A stretch of DNA of 63,871 nt, counting the filler, from Choristocarpus tenellus KU-1152 (Eukaryota > Protista > Phaeophyceae), in NCBI GenBank assembly GCA_964200185.2. It is 7 parts of 7 records of this genome, joined end to end, with 100 filler letters (N's around TTAATTAATTAA, not from the genome) between each part and the next. Parts side by side here need not be neighbours in the genome. Positions count along the whole stretch, not along the records: positions 18,898 to 35,381 come from CAXNAD020000822.1; positions 35,482 to 45,586 come from CAXNAD020003150.1; 5 more parts are not named here. One strand, given 5' to 3'. The stretch's first letter is position 1, and each line of letters begins with the position of its first letter. The translations under genes and the position numbers were made by a program. Under the pieces are notes generated by a model. The model saw only the letters and a program-made list of their open reading frames with translations. It did not search any database and was not told the DNA's origin. Of the stretch, positions 28,230 to 42,109 are shown one piece after another.

Positions 28230-28600
28230 TTCGCGCGTAAATTCAACACACAAAGATAATAACAATCCTAAACCCGAAACCACTCTTTACGCGGTGATTA
28301 ATCTGAGTGGTTCGTTGGTCTTGAAGCCTGAGGAGTCCCAAACCCCAGGCCTCTTGTAGAAAGGTGGGTAAAAGAAGGCAATACACACCACTTCAGATAT
28401 ACTTCTTCCTCTCCCTTCGCGCGTTTATTCAACACACACAGATAATAACGATGCCAAACCCGAAACCATTCTTCACGTGGTGATTAATCTGAGTGGTTCG
28501 TTGGTCTTGAAGTCTCAGGAGTCCCAAACCCCAGACCTCTTGTAAAAAGGTGGGCAAAGGAAGGCAATACACACCAATTCAGATATACTTCTTCCTCCCC
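28230..28600. repeat. direct tandem duplication of about 187 bp
   Basis: TTCGCGCGT...GGTTCGTTGGTCTTGAAG..GAGTCCCAAACCCCAG...GATATACTTCTTCCTC occurs twice (about 28230-28415 and 28416-28600). Confidence 0.85.
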
Positions 28601-28775
28601 TCAGCACCGGTTTGAACAGTTCGCCCAGATGAGGAGAAGTCTTGGAAGTAATCCTAAATAGAGGGAGTATAGGAAGTGAGATACTACAAGAGAGAAGAAG
28701 CAAGTATATAGAAAAACAGAAGAAAAGGAATAGAATAAAAATAGAAAAGATAAGGAACATCGTTGAGAAAGTATA

Positions 28776-30260
28776 TTTTATTATTATGCCCTCTGACATT
28801 TTGGAGATGTGACAGGGAAAAATCAACCAAAACTATTCAAACATCAGAATAAACCCTAAAAAAGTAACATTTGTCATAAGTGTGAAAAACTTTCATCTCT
28901 TCACTATTTTACTACCAGCTATGCTACACCGTTCCCTTCCTGTACCTAACCTAGCTTAGTCCAGTGCTCCAAGGTGAGGGGATAGGGACACATCCCACGA
29001 ATCTAACAAGCCCCTCGTTGCCCATCTCCATGGTGTCTCCAGCTTAAAGCGCATGACCCGTCTGGATAGGGCTACCTGAGTTGTGACAGAAACCATCTGT
29101 TGTAGACGGGATTTGATAGCCCCCTTCCTGCTATAACGTCCTGTCCCTCTGCCCCCTACCGCATGGGTAGCTAGCTCATCCAGAAAATGTTCTGCTTGCT
29201 TGCCGAGCCGCCCAAAACTTTCACCGCAAAGGTGTTGAGGTATGAACTATGAGGATCAAAAGAGTCCTCATAGTGGGTGTGATTTCACGCATCAAGCTAT
29301 ACCATTGCTGGTGGGTGAGTGGGTCAGGTGGGAGGTTGCCTGCACTTCTGCAAATGTAACATCTAGCAGTAGGCCTTTGTCCTGGTAGGGGGCTGATCCA
29401 ACTTCAACGAGTGCCCCTACATGGAAGACTAGTTCTATGCAGAAATTCCTGTCTACAGTGAAGGGGCTAGCATCGTCCATAGTGCACGGGATGCCCATTC
29501 CATTGCATAGTTGACTGAGTCGTTTCACTATAGGAGTGTGTTGTCGCACCTAGCCTCCTACCCTGAGGCAGGTATGGGCATGTGTGGTGTCGACATTTTG
29601 CCTCCTGCACCCAGTCACTGAGCACCTGTTTGACAGGGCCTCCTCCCTCCTTAGGGATCTGCTGGCGGTGAGTTTAAACTCTGTTGGGGGGATCTGGCAT
29701 GCCGGCTCCAGGGGTTGTGTTGAGACCCATGCATTTGCCCCTTATCTACACTGGCTCTGGTGGCACGCTAGGGCTAGTGAGGAACTTTCCTTCCCCTGTT
29801 CCACTTCATTTGGTAATCTAGCTAATTGCACTCGGAAGGAGTCAAAACGAATCCTGTTCAGGAGGCGATTGATCTCATATTGAGCACTCCTGGTGATCCT
29901 GGCGTCATGAGCTGCCAGAATGTGGACCTCCAGGGGAGGTGTGGGGGACGTTGTTCCCCCCAGGTTACCCAGTCTTGGCCAAAGGTTTCTGCTAGGTCTT
30001 CTGAGGGGACACCTGTAGAGAGGAGGGTGTGGATGGACGATCCCAAGGCCCGTACTGGGGGGCTCGCACAAATGACTCGTGAAAAGGACTCACCATGAGA
30101 CCCTTGCAGCCTTGCTAGGAGGGTGGGAAGAGTGGCCACTAGTGATCCTATGAATGCTGCATGTTGGCGGTGTTTCACAGAGGAGAGGTCTAACCCCCTC
30201 GCACTTGTGGGCATCTGTGCCTGCACTTGTTGGCGAGTCTCTAGGGAGAGACCCATTGTT
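28776..30260 (-). mobile_element. CRE/R2-like non-LTR retrotransposon 3' fragment (restriction-like endonuclease), degenerate, with 3'UTR and (TAA)n tail
   Basis: Frameshifted motifs ARGLDLSSVKHRQHAAFIGS (post-RT GGLG-like), C...RQH zinc-knuckle remnant, LLLDVTF and SFGRLGKQAEHFLDELA (RLE core). The element ends in TGTCAGAGGGCATAATAATA. Confidence 0.7.
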
Positions 30261-32666
30261 ACACTATTAGAAGATCTCAGTGAATCTAAAGGGGTAACCT
30301 AGAGTACACTAATATCCACCCCAAAAAACTTGCATCACACCACATCCATTCAAGCACAAATATTCACAAAACATAAGAAAGGAACAAAAGGCAACAATAA
30401 TCAACCCAAAAAAGTGAGGAATGAGAAAGCAGTATTCGGCAGGCAGTGGTGGTTTTTTGTGAGCGTTGTGCATGTGCTATGATTTGCTTGGGTTGCCCTT
30501 AACCCTGCAAACAGGATTTGCCTCAATAATGTCACACCCAGCTTTCACGACAATAATATTAGCACCTTTGTTTATGTTTGTGAAATGAGATGCAATATAG
30601 TAGGAATTTATGGCGATGGGAGCAAATCTCCATATGGTGGGGTGTCCATGTTACAAAACCATATAGCAGAACCTCGAGAACTTAGGCTTGAGCATTCAAA
30701 TCTTAGCTGAAATAATACACCTGACCTGTGGTCCTGTCATATAAACACAGCTGTATTTGCGGAAATAACCCCCCAGGTGTTCGGACCCTTCGACTAAATC
30801 GATCTTGGTAGTATTTTCAGCTTCACCACCATCGATTGTGCCTCCAAGGTAAGCAATCTTTGTCGGTCTGTTAGTAGTGTTGGCCCAATGCCCAGATTTG
30901 CATGGTGTCTGCAGCCTTTGTCTGAAGTTGAAGTCACATAATCTCCTCCCTCCAACATTTTTTTTGCCCTACTGAGCGCAAATGTGACATCAAAGAAACA
31001 ATAATCTCGTCTACTCCAATCGTAAGGAAGGCAACCTCAAAGTTGCAATCTTCTTCTTCGACGAAGAACGAACAATCCTGGTCATAGGAGGAGAGAATAC
31101 ACGAGGCAGAGGGAGGAGAAAAGAGGAAGAGTTGTACAAAGAAAAGGAAGTGACGTGCTGGAAGCCCAGGAATGGTGGGAACGGAAGAATGGTGAGGAGA
31201 AGGAGATCTGAGTGAAGAATGAAAAGGGTGCCACGGAAAGGAAACGGGTTGCCTTAATCTCTTTCAACCCTCTTTGCTGGAGGGACTGTTGCCACACAGA
31301 GGGGTAATGCTAAGGCTGAGAGTTTAGGTACGGCAGAAGTGGAAACTGAAAAGGAGAGGAAGATGGAGGAAAATGCTATCGCCACTGTGGGTAAGACATC
31401 CACAACCAACTGTAGTAACAGAGATACTCCTGATGTTGATGAAGAACCCAAGGAATCATCAATTTCTTACGAGAATGGTGGGGGGATCATATATGGAGTG
31501 ACTGAAAGTTTCTTCCAAGATTGTGCCATTCACAATTTGGGATTGGACTCCAAAAGGACAATGTTGGAGGCGTGGAGAAACCGAGGGTGAAACCAGCAGA
31601 CAATACACACATCCTCAAACAGATGATCGCTGACCATGGATTTGTCACAGCTAAGATGGGTGTAAAGGCAAAATCTGTTGCGGTGGATAATTAATGGTAT
31701 GTCCGTGATGCCATGTTGAAGGGGTGGTGTGAGCACAAGGAGATGAACAGGCAGACACTGCAGATGAAATATATCAGATTGTTCTGGTAAGATGAAAATT
31801 ATGTCTCTCTGCAGTGTCGATGCAGAGGACAAGAATGATGATTACTCATCACGATGTAACTTCTGGCACATGTTGACAGAGTTCTACCCCAAGCTTAAGG
31901 GTTGGTAGAAGAGAGAAGACAAACACAACTTCCAAGGTTTCGAAGACATGATGAAGGACTTGCCTTGAAGCTAGTGTACGTTACCTACAGTCATATATTG
32001 GGAAGTTCATGAGTGACTTTAAGGAGGAAACGTGGATCTCTTGTGGATATAGAATTGTCTTGGGGTATTAACAAGAACATGACGTTGGGAAATGTTTTCT
32101 TGGCGTTTTTCCTTCATCCACAATGTTTCAGATTGTGACAAATTGGTAGTTTTTAGTGTCAGGAGACCGGAATGTGTCCTCCCTATTTTGGCAGAATACT
32201 CTTGAAAGACATGATGGAGTGCTTACCTTTACGTCTTAGGTGACTGGGTGACTTGGAACAGATTAGTAACTTCAAGGAAGGTTTGTTGCTGATGTATATT
32301 GGATCATTTTGCAATTCAAGACGAACGGTTCTTGCAGCCACTTCGCTTTCAACGTACTTTATTTGTTCAATCTTCTCTTGTCTAAGGGTAGTGCTTTTGA
32401 TTTGGAAGTTGTAAACGCTGTACACACGGGTTGGAGGGTTTTCTTAACATAGCTGAGGCGTTTGCATGATTTAGTCTTTGGATCATATGTGGTTTTCGAG
32501 AAGATCTATGCTCACTCCTTAAACAAATAACAGAGTTGTAAGCCCCAACGTGGGGTGGAGTCCTTACAAGCCATCATAGATCAATTACTGTGGTTGAACT
32601 GTCTATAATTCAATTGAGTTTTCGAGACCTGACGATAGGATCAAGCGCGGCGCTAGAATTGGCTGA

Positions 32667-32925
32667 GAATGAAAGTAACTTAGAGGGTACGAGTTTTGCC
32701 CTGTTTGTCCATTTGGGGCTTGGCTTCCCATGGGTTCTTTTATGGCATTTTCCTACTCCAAAATGTTTAGGAGTAGGTAGAGTGTATATGTTATGAAGAG
32801 GTGTATCTGGAAGATGGATATTGACAAATCCTCACAAACACGGTAGCCAAAATTACATCAAAATCACAACACTGGATTTTAACCCCGAAATGGATGCGGC
32901 TCTACCCTCTAAGATAGTTTGGCTC
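32667..32925. mobile_element. MITE family A copy
   Basis: GAATGAAAGTAACTTAGAGGGTAC ... TACCCTCTAAGATAGTTTGGCTC. Confidence 0.8.
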
Positions 32926-32929
32926 CGAG

Positions 32930-35381
32930 GGAAGTCAACACATGATGGCAGGAGGTTGCTCGAGTATGGAGTGTACACAACTGGGCAGAGGCCAGCAGAG
33001 CGACTAGATTGAAGGGGTCTAATATGTTGAGGGATGACGGAGATGGACTTGGCGCAGTCTGGGGGGACTTCCGTGATACGTATTGGTCTAAGCTGCAGAT
33101 TGCGCAACATATTCAACCTCCACAGGTTGAAAGACTGGCGACAAGGAGGTGAGGGAGTTTCTAACAGCTCAACGGGAATACCAGATGAGCGCTAGGGTGA
33201 AGCACTCAAAAGGAGGTGTGAAAATTGCACATATGACGTTGGCCGAGTCCCTAACCCTTGCTCAGAGACGAGCAATGGTGAGGGGCGAATTCAAGAACAA
33301 TTGGGCTACAGCAATGGAGGAGCAACTCCTAAAAGCGCTCAAGAAGGTGGCGCGAGTCGATGATGAAAGCCACACCTTCGACAGCTGGAAAATCCAAGGG
33401 GATTTGCTGAGGGTGGCCCGGATGGGAAATAAAGTGTCCGCCGCTGATCGGGTCATGGGAGTGATCCAGGACATCGATGACTATCTAGAAGAAAAAATTT
33501 TGGATGGCGCTTTCCACCGGAATGCAGGATAAGCAGGGGAGGCTTGGAAGGCGGGGTCGGGGAAGGTACTCTCGGAGGCCTTCATTGCAGGGCTCAAACC
33601 CCGTGCATTTAAGGTAGAGATTTGTAAGCATGTTGTAGGTTCCCTGAGCTTAAAAATGATCCAGACCAGCTTTGAGCTGGTAAAGGAGCAAGCTAAAAAA
33701 TGGAGGACGTATGAGAGGGCCCAGGCATACGAAAATAAACAAACCAAGCAGGGCGAACTTGGTGGCAAACACTGGGAGGGGAAGTCGAAGGTTGGGGAGA
33801 AGATAGGCAAGCCAGGGGGAGGCACACACCAAGTGCAGATTTGAGTGTGAGGAAGGACAAGTTCAAAGGGAGGGAGGAGTGTTGGGCATAAACATGCTCA
33901 TTGCCGGAGCTTGCTGGATGGAGTCTGGAAGGAGAAGTGGCATCAGCAGCAGGGCAGTCACAGCATTGTGGTTCAGGTACAGGTTCAGACCTGGGAGGGG
34001 ATCTGGGCCAGGGCAAAGACAACAACCTGGGGGTGCCAGACAGCAACCCTCAAGTGTAGGGGGAGGAACAAGCCGTCTGGGTGCAGCTCAAGGCACAAGG
34101 AGCCAGAAGGGGCTAGCTCCCCAGCCTGCAACCGAGTTCTGGCAAGGCACTGGCGGTGGGAGCACGAGTGACAGGGCAGTGAGGGTCAATGAGATTGTTC
34201 CTGATCATGTGGATAATAGGATGCCTCTGCTGCTGCCAAGGCTGGATCCCAACATTAATCGTTATGCAGGTCATACTGGCATGTGCAAAATTCAGGGCAC
34301 TCATGAGGATGTGTCCCTGGCTACAGCAGGGGTTGATGTGGAAGGGTTGAGCTACGATGGTGTGGCAGGTGTAACATCGGTGGGGATCAAAATGCACGGG
34401 AAACTGCCCGGTAGTATGAAGGCCTTGCTGGACCCAGGGTTAGGAATCACCGGCATATCTGATAGCCTGGTGAAAAAATGCAGCAGCATTTTGGTGGAGC
34501 ATAACTGACAAAGCCCCTCCACTAGCCCTTCCCCATAATGATATCAGGAACGCGACATGTCCCTTAATTGTGGCACTCCACTCGGGCTATGAACCCGTGG
34601 TGGTGAGAAATCTTGTCTTGGCAGTTATACCAGGCAATGATATTGTGTTGATTGTGGGCAGCAAGACATTGTGGGACATGTTAGGCCTTGACATGAAGCA
34701 ATCCTTCGAGGAGGCGGCCCGAAGGAAGACGAAACTGCACATTGTAGGTCTGGAACAATACATTACTTCTACGCGGCGTTTGAATGTTAGCGTGGAGGTG
34801 ATGCAGGAGAGCATGGGAACTACTAATCTGGACAGAGGTGATTTCTCTGTCTCTACACTGCTGGAGCAAGGCCCTGAGCTCATGATGGACCCTGCAGACA
34901 AGGAAAAAAACGGGACTTGTCCTTAGAAACCTCCTTACAAGAGGCACAAAGGGTTGGGATGCCCTTGGGTGCCAGGGGGTGCATATAACAAGTGACAGCT
35001 ACCTGGAATAATATGTTCCGGATATCCTTGGGTTGTGACCCGCCTGCCAAGGTGGAGCCCATGCGGGTGGTGCTGAAGGAAGGGGTGACTCCTGTGAAGA
35101 CCAAACCCAGGGTGTAACATCCGGAGCGACAGAGCTGGATGGCAGGATTTACAGGCCTTCTGGTCATACTGGGGATGCTGAGGCGGACCCCACAGGCTGT
35201 ATGGAGCAGCCCATCGTTGCCTTTGCCCAAGCCTGAGGGGCGGGGCTATTGGCTGGTGACGGATTTCAGTGCGATGAACATGATCTCACAGGCGGTGGAG
35301 CTCTCACACCCCAGGGAGGAGTGTGATGTGGTGATGCCTCCAGACTCCTCTGAAGAGCATTGGGGGTGTTCTGTTGCACAG
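32930..35381 (+). mobile_element. Ty3/gypsy LTR retrotransposon gag-pol remnant (truncated by linker)
   Basis: Gag-like ORF pieces, aspartic-protease-like KALLDPG..ITGIS, LGCDPPAKVEPMRVVLKEG..PVK, and RT start AVWSSP..LPKPEGRGYWLVTDFSAMN. Many stops and frameshifts. Confidence 0.8.
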
Positions 35382-35481
35382 NNNNNNNNNNNNNNNNNNN
35401 NNNNNNNNNNNNNNNNNNNNNNNNNTTAATTAATTAANNNNNNNNNNNNNNNNNNNNNNNNNNNNNNNNNNNNNNNNNNNN
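35382..35481. other. artificial contig linker
   Basis: Same 100-bp linker. Confidence 0.97.
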
Positions 35482-35949
35482 CTATACCGGAACAACTTTG
35501 CCCCCCCCCCTCGGTGCAGCATTGGAGTATAAAACAGGTACTCTGGCTTTCCTGATGGATGCCACGGTATCAGCATCAGTGCTCTTTCAAGGGATGAAGA
35601 CATACCCTTTCACGTTCTCGATCAACCATTACAGCATCAAGGTCTCAGATACTGTGGATTACGACCGCAGCTTGTGCAACTGCCCTCAAATGATGCAGGT
35701 GGTGCCGAGCATGTCAAGACTACATGCCCATCCAGTTGACGCACTACTTCCCCTTCCCCTTGCTGATGTAGTGAACGCTGGTGATGGCATGAGTGGCGAA
35801 GCAGATGGCCGCTTACATTGGGGTGGTGAAGCACAATTGTTAGGTCGGTATTGAGCAGACTGTGCTGAGCTGTGATTATAAGCTCTTGCACAGAAACGGG
35901 GTTTCACACAAAAAGAAGCATGTGTAGAGCTGGATCGGGTAGGATGACA

Positions 35950-36860
35950 TTCTGAAATGTAGGGGGTTTTCATTATGGGTTATGACTACTGATTAGGAGT
36001 TCACATGCTGTCTCTTCCCTACAAGGGCATTTTTGTTTTCAAAACCTTTATAATTGTTGTGTGTGACAATACTATGAAGAGCCGGTTTCTGTAAATAGAG
36101 CTGGCATTGTACATTTTTGCGCTTGGAATAAATACTCCTGAGTTGAAGCTTGGGTAGTGTCTGTTGCGTGATGGACACTTGGTGTGGGGGTGATCTGAAT
36201 TGTGCAAAGGGCTGGTTATTGCCCCTTTCCCACTGAAATGTAGCTGGTTGGAAATAAGATTTGAAAAAAAGCGCCTAGTGTTTTTTTGTACCTTGAGTGA
36301 TGGAGGTGGGTTTGTATTTTGTGTAGATGGGGATGTGTGACAAGAGACAGAAGGAACACTGGTTGCGTAGAGTATCACACACTGGTATTTGGGAATATAT
36401 CTTCCATACGGATTAGTACGTCTGAGAACAAGAAGGGATAGCAAACACATGGAAGGAGCAGGTTTCTTCCTACATCTGCATGATTGATGGGATGATATCT
36501 TTTTACCATCCTCCAAGGCGAGAATGGGTATGTATAACTTTCTTGCTGGCTAGGTCTTGCACTCCAGTGTAAGGTGACTCTATTGAATTTGGCAACATAG
36601 GCAGATCATTGTGGCACTGTGCCATAAGTGGGAAGTTGGCAGTTACCTTCTTCTCATGTTAGTATTATATGTACAGAGGTCAACCAGGTACCTTTGGAAA
36701 GGTTTGGGGCAGCTGATGTTGCTGCAGGGTAGTTGGTTGTTTGGTCTTGATCTGGCTGATCCGTTCCATGGTGAGATGGACATGTCAGCTACAGTGCAGT
36801 TTTATTTATCCTTCTCGTGGCCCAGAAATGGGATTAGCTAGGATCGGTTAGTTTCCACCA
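35950..36860 (-). mobile_element. possible retroelement integrase remnant
   Basis: Decayed fragment CPKPFQRYLVDLCTY resembles the P..PF....D start of gypsy integrase cores. The rest is heavily degraded. Confidence 0.3.
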
Positions 36861-38611
36861 AAATTTTTCTGCCTTTCTATAAAAATGTGATTCAAAACAA
36901 AAATATTATTTTGGTGCATCACAGGAAGTATAATGGCAGAATCAATAAGGGCCAATGTACCCCACTTGAAGACAGGATTATGCCAAGCTACACAAAATAT
37001 ATCTGGCATGCATTCATTAATTTGGTTCATAACCACAGATAAGGAGTTAAGGGCAATCAGAAACCACCTTCACCTGACAAGTCCCAATCAAAAATACCTT
37101 AAGAACAAACCACTCACCCCATTGTATGTTGGGAGTCACCAGGTTACAGGAAGTGAACAAGAAATAAGTCTTTAGATACATACGCTATATAGAAAACACC
37201 ACTCTCACATCATTATCATCGAAATATTCCTGGCAATACAACAAAATTGTTCTGGACAAAAATAATTGCAACAGCATGCCCTCTTCATCAAAAAAAGCTG
37301 CTATATTGCAGCAAATATTTGTGTAGTATACTGGATCATATGTGAATATTTCCACTGAGCACGTACCAGAACTATCTCTCCTGTGAAATCATGAAATGGC
37401 CAACACACATGAAATGAAAATATACAACACATACAGTGAATAACACGCATTTGGAATATCTACCCCTCTCCATCTAACACGACAACAGAAGTACCCTTTG
37501 AACCACTTGGTACACAATTCCAGCGCCTGGTATATATTTCTTGTTTCACCAAGTGGTGAACAAGTGAACATGCATGTGATGAGAATTTAGTGAGAGATCC
37601 AGCGAAATATTTCCTAAGAATAACCTAGAACTTGTACTTTATTGATGCACATTTTCCATAATTGTGACATAAGACAATCCAATGATGGAACACTCACCCC
37701 GTAACCCTAACCCTACATATATATATATATATATATATGCATCTTATTGTGCTCACTGACATGTTCCAGATGTTATGTTCTGTAGGGAGGGACCAATAAG
37801 AAGTATACAAGGCACTAAATTGAAAAGACAAATACTGGTACTTAACAGCACTAGTCAAGGACAAGATCAGGATAAAATAAAGGAACATATTGGTTTCGGA
37901 GTATATCTGAAGCTATAGTAAGAGAGAAGCAAGCTTCTGACTGGGCATGGCAAGTGCTGGTCAGTCAAAATAAAGCACCATGAGTCAGGCATATCCTCTG
38001 ATTGAGACAACTCCCAGTGTACTAACAGGGGCCATCTCTCCAAATCAGTTTCTCAGGTCTCCAGCACCCTGCAACTTCATGAACAACCTTTTGGAGAAAG
38101 TCTACATTTATAAGTAAAATTTTGAAAAGTCTGCATACGCTTTTGCCCTAAGCTTAGGTCTCACCATTCCATCTGTTCACCACATACTATATACAGCCAG
38201 TCACTTTTCACTTACACATCCTGCCTTACAAGAAACCATCACGAACACCATTATGCATACCATCAAACCACATTAAAGTTATGCTTCTGTACAACTTAAG
38301 ATACATTGAAGACAGAAAAAATCACACAAGTTATGCAGAAGGCGGCATTGGAGTAAGGTAACATGACAGGACTAGTTTCAACACCAACATCAATTGTGAG
38401 TGATCGACACTAGAGCACTCCGCAACAATTCAGTCCTGACATTCAGTACGCCATTCAACAGCAGGAATCTACAGGAGAGATGGCAGGATTGAAACAGTTA
38501 TACTTTCACCACCCACAAAAGGCCCTGTTGTGCTCACTCTCTAGAATACTGTATCGAGGTAAGCAGGAAGTATGTTGCCCCCCCACCCCCCCACCCCCGG
38601 GTGACACACCA

Positions 38612-39781
38612 TCACGACACTGTAGAGCCTTTACCAGCCTGCTTCCTCCGCGCAGTGCAGCCTGGACACAACCACCGACCAGTGGGTCGTTTGCTAAGGT
38701 TGACACAGCTGAAGTGATACCACTCACCTGCAGTGAGTACAGAAATGCATCCATTTTAGCCATGGAGGGCAGGTTTCGGTTGGGCTTATCACTTCACAAA
38801 ACCAACACACACAGAATTATCTTCCTCAAGTCTTGAATTGGGGGGTAGGAATTGAAAACCCTAACCTTTTCTTGCCACCATTCATATTCAACCACATTCC
38901 TCATCACTCTACAGCAACAGTCTATCTGCCTTGGCCTTTGTGCCTTCCCCCTGAAGGTGTATGGTAGAAACTGATTGTGTCTCCCCACCCCTCCTCTAAC
39001 AAAGGAAATCTCTTCCTCATAAACTCACCATCCTCGCAGGCTGGATTGTCACAGGCTACCATTTCCCCAAAGGCCACCTGTTTGCATATGCAGTACACTG
39101 GCTCATTGGGGTCCACTGGAAGGTCCACCTGTTGGATGAAAAACAAATGATACCCATCATGGTATCAAAATTTAGCACTAACTCCACCACGGCAGTAGAG
39201 CTACAACTAAACACACACAAGGCCCAGCACAAGAGAAACCCAATGGGAACATCACAACGTATGTTTGCTACAAGGTCCACCAAACTATGCAAAAAAAATC
39301 CTATTCACAGCACGTAACATTGAACACTTTGGGGTAACAGCATCAGATGGTCGCTAGGGGCAACATCGACACAACACACCAAAAAAGTAGCCACAACCCA
39401 CCCCCAACATCCAGCATCGAATCTTGCCTGTTGACCTGCTGTCGATCCAGTTGACAATGATGCCTCCGCCTCACTTGATGCACGACGTCGCTTCCGCTGG
39501 GATGCTGAGCGTTCCATTTCAGGTGGGGGGAGCAAGTCCCGCCGCCTGAGGTCTGCCTGGAGAACAAAGATCCAGATATTTTTGCCAGCGAAATGTTCCC
39601 AAAGCAAGAGGAAGTATAAATATGGGAGGCAAGGTGGGGGGGGGGTGGGGGGGGGGGGGCAGCAAGGGGCAGTTTTCAAACCCATGCAAAAAACCACCGC
39701 AGAAAAANNNNNNNNNNTGAGGCGTGAGAAAAAAAAAGAAAAAGAAAATGCGGGGAAGGGAAGGAAAGAGAAAGGAAGGAA

Positions 39782-39838
<57 letters not shown>

Positions 39839-41835
39839 CAAGAGGCAGTCTTCATACCCATGCAAAATACCACCGCAGAATAATTCTGAATAAGGAGAAT
39901 TAACATGCAGACTTGATTAGGAACATGCTAAATTCCTGGTGAGTGTAGCAATTTCCTTTTTTATAGTCCTCTATCCCTAAATACAATAATGTGCATCTCT
40001 GAGAGTGTAATCCTTACCTCTTTGTACCAAATAGTCCTCGGGCTTTAGAAAATACAACCTGCATTGCCCAAAATGGAAAAAAAGACGTCTTCACACCTAC
40101 ACAACACACACCTTCACTTCAGTACTACTTCAAACAATTTGAAGTACTGTGCACTACAACAATAGCAATCCATATACGGACCAAAACATACTTGACTCTG
40201 CAACATAAAGAAGGACGGTAGGGCACTACTGGGGATGACGTATACCCCTCTTTCTAGAGCACGTTGTCATTCACAAACCCTTGACCAAACCTAACAAAAT
40301 ATTCACAGGAAGTTCCCCCTCCCCTCAAACTCCTCAGCCCCCACCTACCTCCATTCGCTTGAGGTCCTCATCAAGACGGCGTATATGTGTATCAAGAAAG
40401 TCGTAGCCGTGCTGCACAATCCTAATCTTTTCGTCCCCTAAGCGCACACAGAGATTCATGGCCTTTTCAATGCGCTCCTGTGTTGAATGAAAACAAATCC
40501 ACACTATGGTCGTGAGGTTTGGTCACAGCAGAAGCGCAGGTTTTAATATTGGTCAATAACTTGCCACTGATCCATATGGCAAACTAGCCACTGCTGGCAT
40601 TTGAAGTGAACAAATCCAACTCACAGGCTGGGAGGTACATATTTCGGATGGAGCAAAGTGAGGAGGGTCTGACGGGGATACGCGTTGCACACCAGTCTCA
40701 CCTGTATCTTTGCTACCTCAGCTGTTCGCCAGCTTTGTGCCTTGTTAGTGGATGTGGTGGAAGAGGCTCCATCTTCACATTTACCACCCCTTGTGTTGCT
40801 TCTCCTTCCTCGCCCCTGAGCCATTTAAAGGTAAGAAGCGGCAACATATTGCACCATGAGCGAAAATTGACGACTACATAGAATTGCAGGTTTGCGTGGG
40901 GGGTATGGAAGAATGCACTCTCTGTTACTTCATCCAAAAACTGTAAAAAGGCAGAGAAAATATAATTTTATGTTCTAATCCATAGGTATAGTCAACTCCA
41001 GATAAAGCTGGGGGTGCTCTGAGTGATATCCCCACTTTTCTCCCTTTATAAATTCAAACCCAACCTAGGGCGAGCGTCACTTTTTCTATTTTTATCTACA
41101 GCCGTCTCATTTCCGAGAGGACAACGTAATCAAGACCATTTTTTGTACAACTAGAGAGTACACCAAAAAAAGACAGACACCTCGAGCAACTGGACAGATT
41201 TCCTACTCGCGAGAGTGTGTAGGAGAGGTGTGGGTCCTCAATGGAGGTGCGGGGATTTTTCCTTGCAGAAACAAGCTGTTACACGGAGACATTCAGGCCT
41301 AAATACGCTTGGCCAATAAATATCTTAGTGACACCTCTGACTTTGACACTACCTTCTAACAAAGATCAAACCGGATACTTAGATGTATCAAAAATATTTT
41401 CTGCGCCTTAGATCACGACACTTCAGTGCAGGGGACCATGAATCCAGTTACCAAATGATGTCTAAACACCTAGCACGTGGGTGCAGCTAAAACGACTATC
41501 GACAGGGAACTCGATATTTCAAACCAAGAGAAAATCTTGCGTCCAAGTTAGGTTCTAAGAACAACAGTTAGTATATACTAAAGAATGGATCGAATTAGAG
41601 CCAAGCGCAGTGGCAATAAACTACTGGAGATTTTCTAACGTACGTGCATGTTGCCACTGCCTTGTTCGATGAGGTAGCGAGCTCTTAACCGGGCTACATG
41701 ACCCACATCGTGGTCGAGCTGACGACATAGGCCTTGGAGCCTTCCATCGAGCGCTGCCACGGAGGTCATAGTCTCACCCATCCTTGGTGGGAGATCTTGC
41801 ACAGTCTCGAGATGGTCTACAAGATATCGGCTCAT
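38612..41835 (-). CDS. ING: Inhibitor of growth (ING) family PHD-finger protein, complete, about 259 aa
   Basis: Exons 41835-41644, 40815-40702, 40477-40349, 39556-39428, 39128-39029, 38727-38612. ING N-terminal domain [13 protein letters not shown]...[25 protein letters not shown], basic NLS RKRRR, and [56 protein letters not shown]. Confidence 0.93.
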
Positions 41836-42109
41836 CTTGTTTTAGGCGCTTTCTTTGCCCTTACCCCACTATTACTACTGTTGTTGGACTTAACAGACTC
41901 ATTGAGACACCCTATATGATCGGCTTTCAACATTATCCCTAACCCTAAAAAAACTGTAGACCAACCAACGACCACCATATTATTTCATCTCCTTCAACCA
42001 TAATTGTGGTGTTGTGATGACTTTGCATTAGTTGGCAAAGACCCCCATCCAAACCCCGCCCTCACGGGTGAGTGAGATCTTTGTCTTCTAAGGAAGACCT
42101 AAGAAGAGG

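Noticed and set aside
31000-32450. Protein-like fragments upstream of the gypsy element
   Set aside because: They have many stops and no recognisable motif. They are probably old TE debris, but no family call is supportable.
39620-39890. Duplicated GCAGCAAG...ACCACCGCAGAA flanking poly-G, and polyPro/polyGly ORFs
   Set aside because: It spans a 10-N gap beside homopolymer G and is most likely an assembly artefact inside an ING intron.
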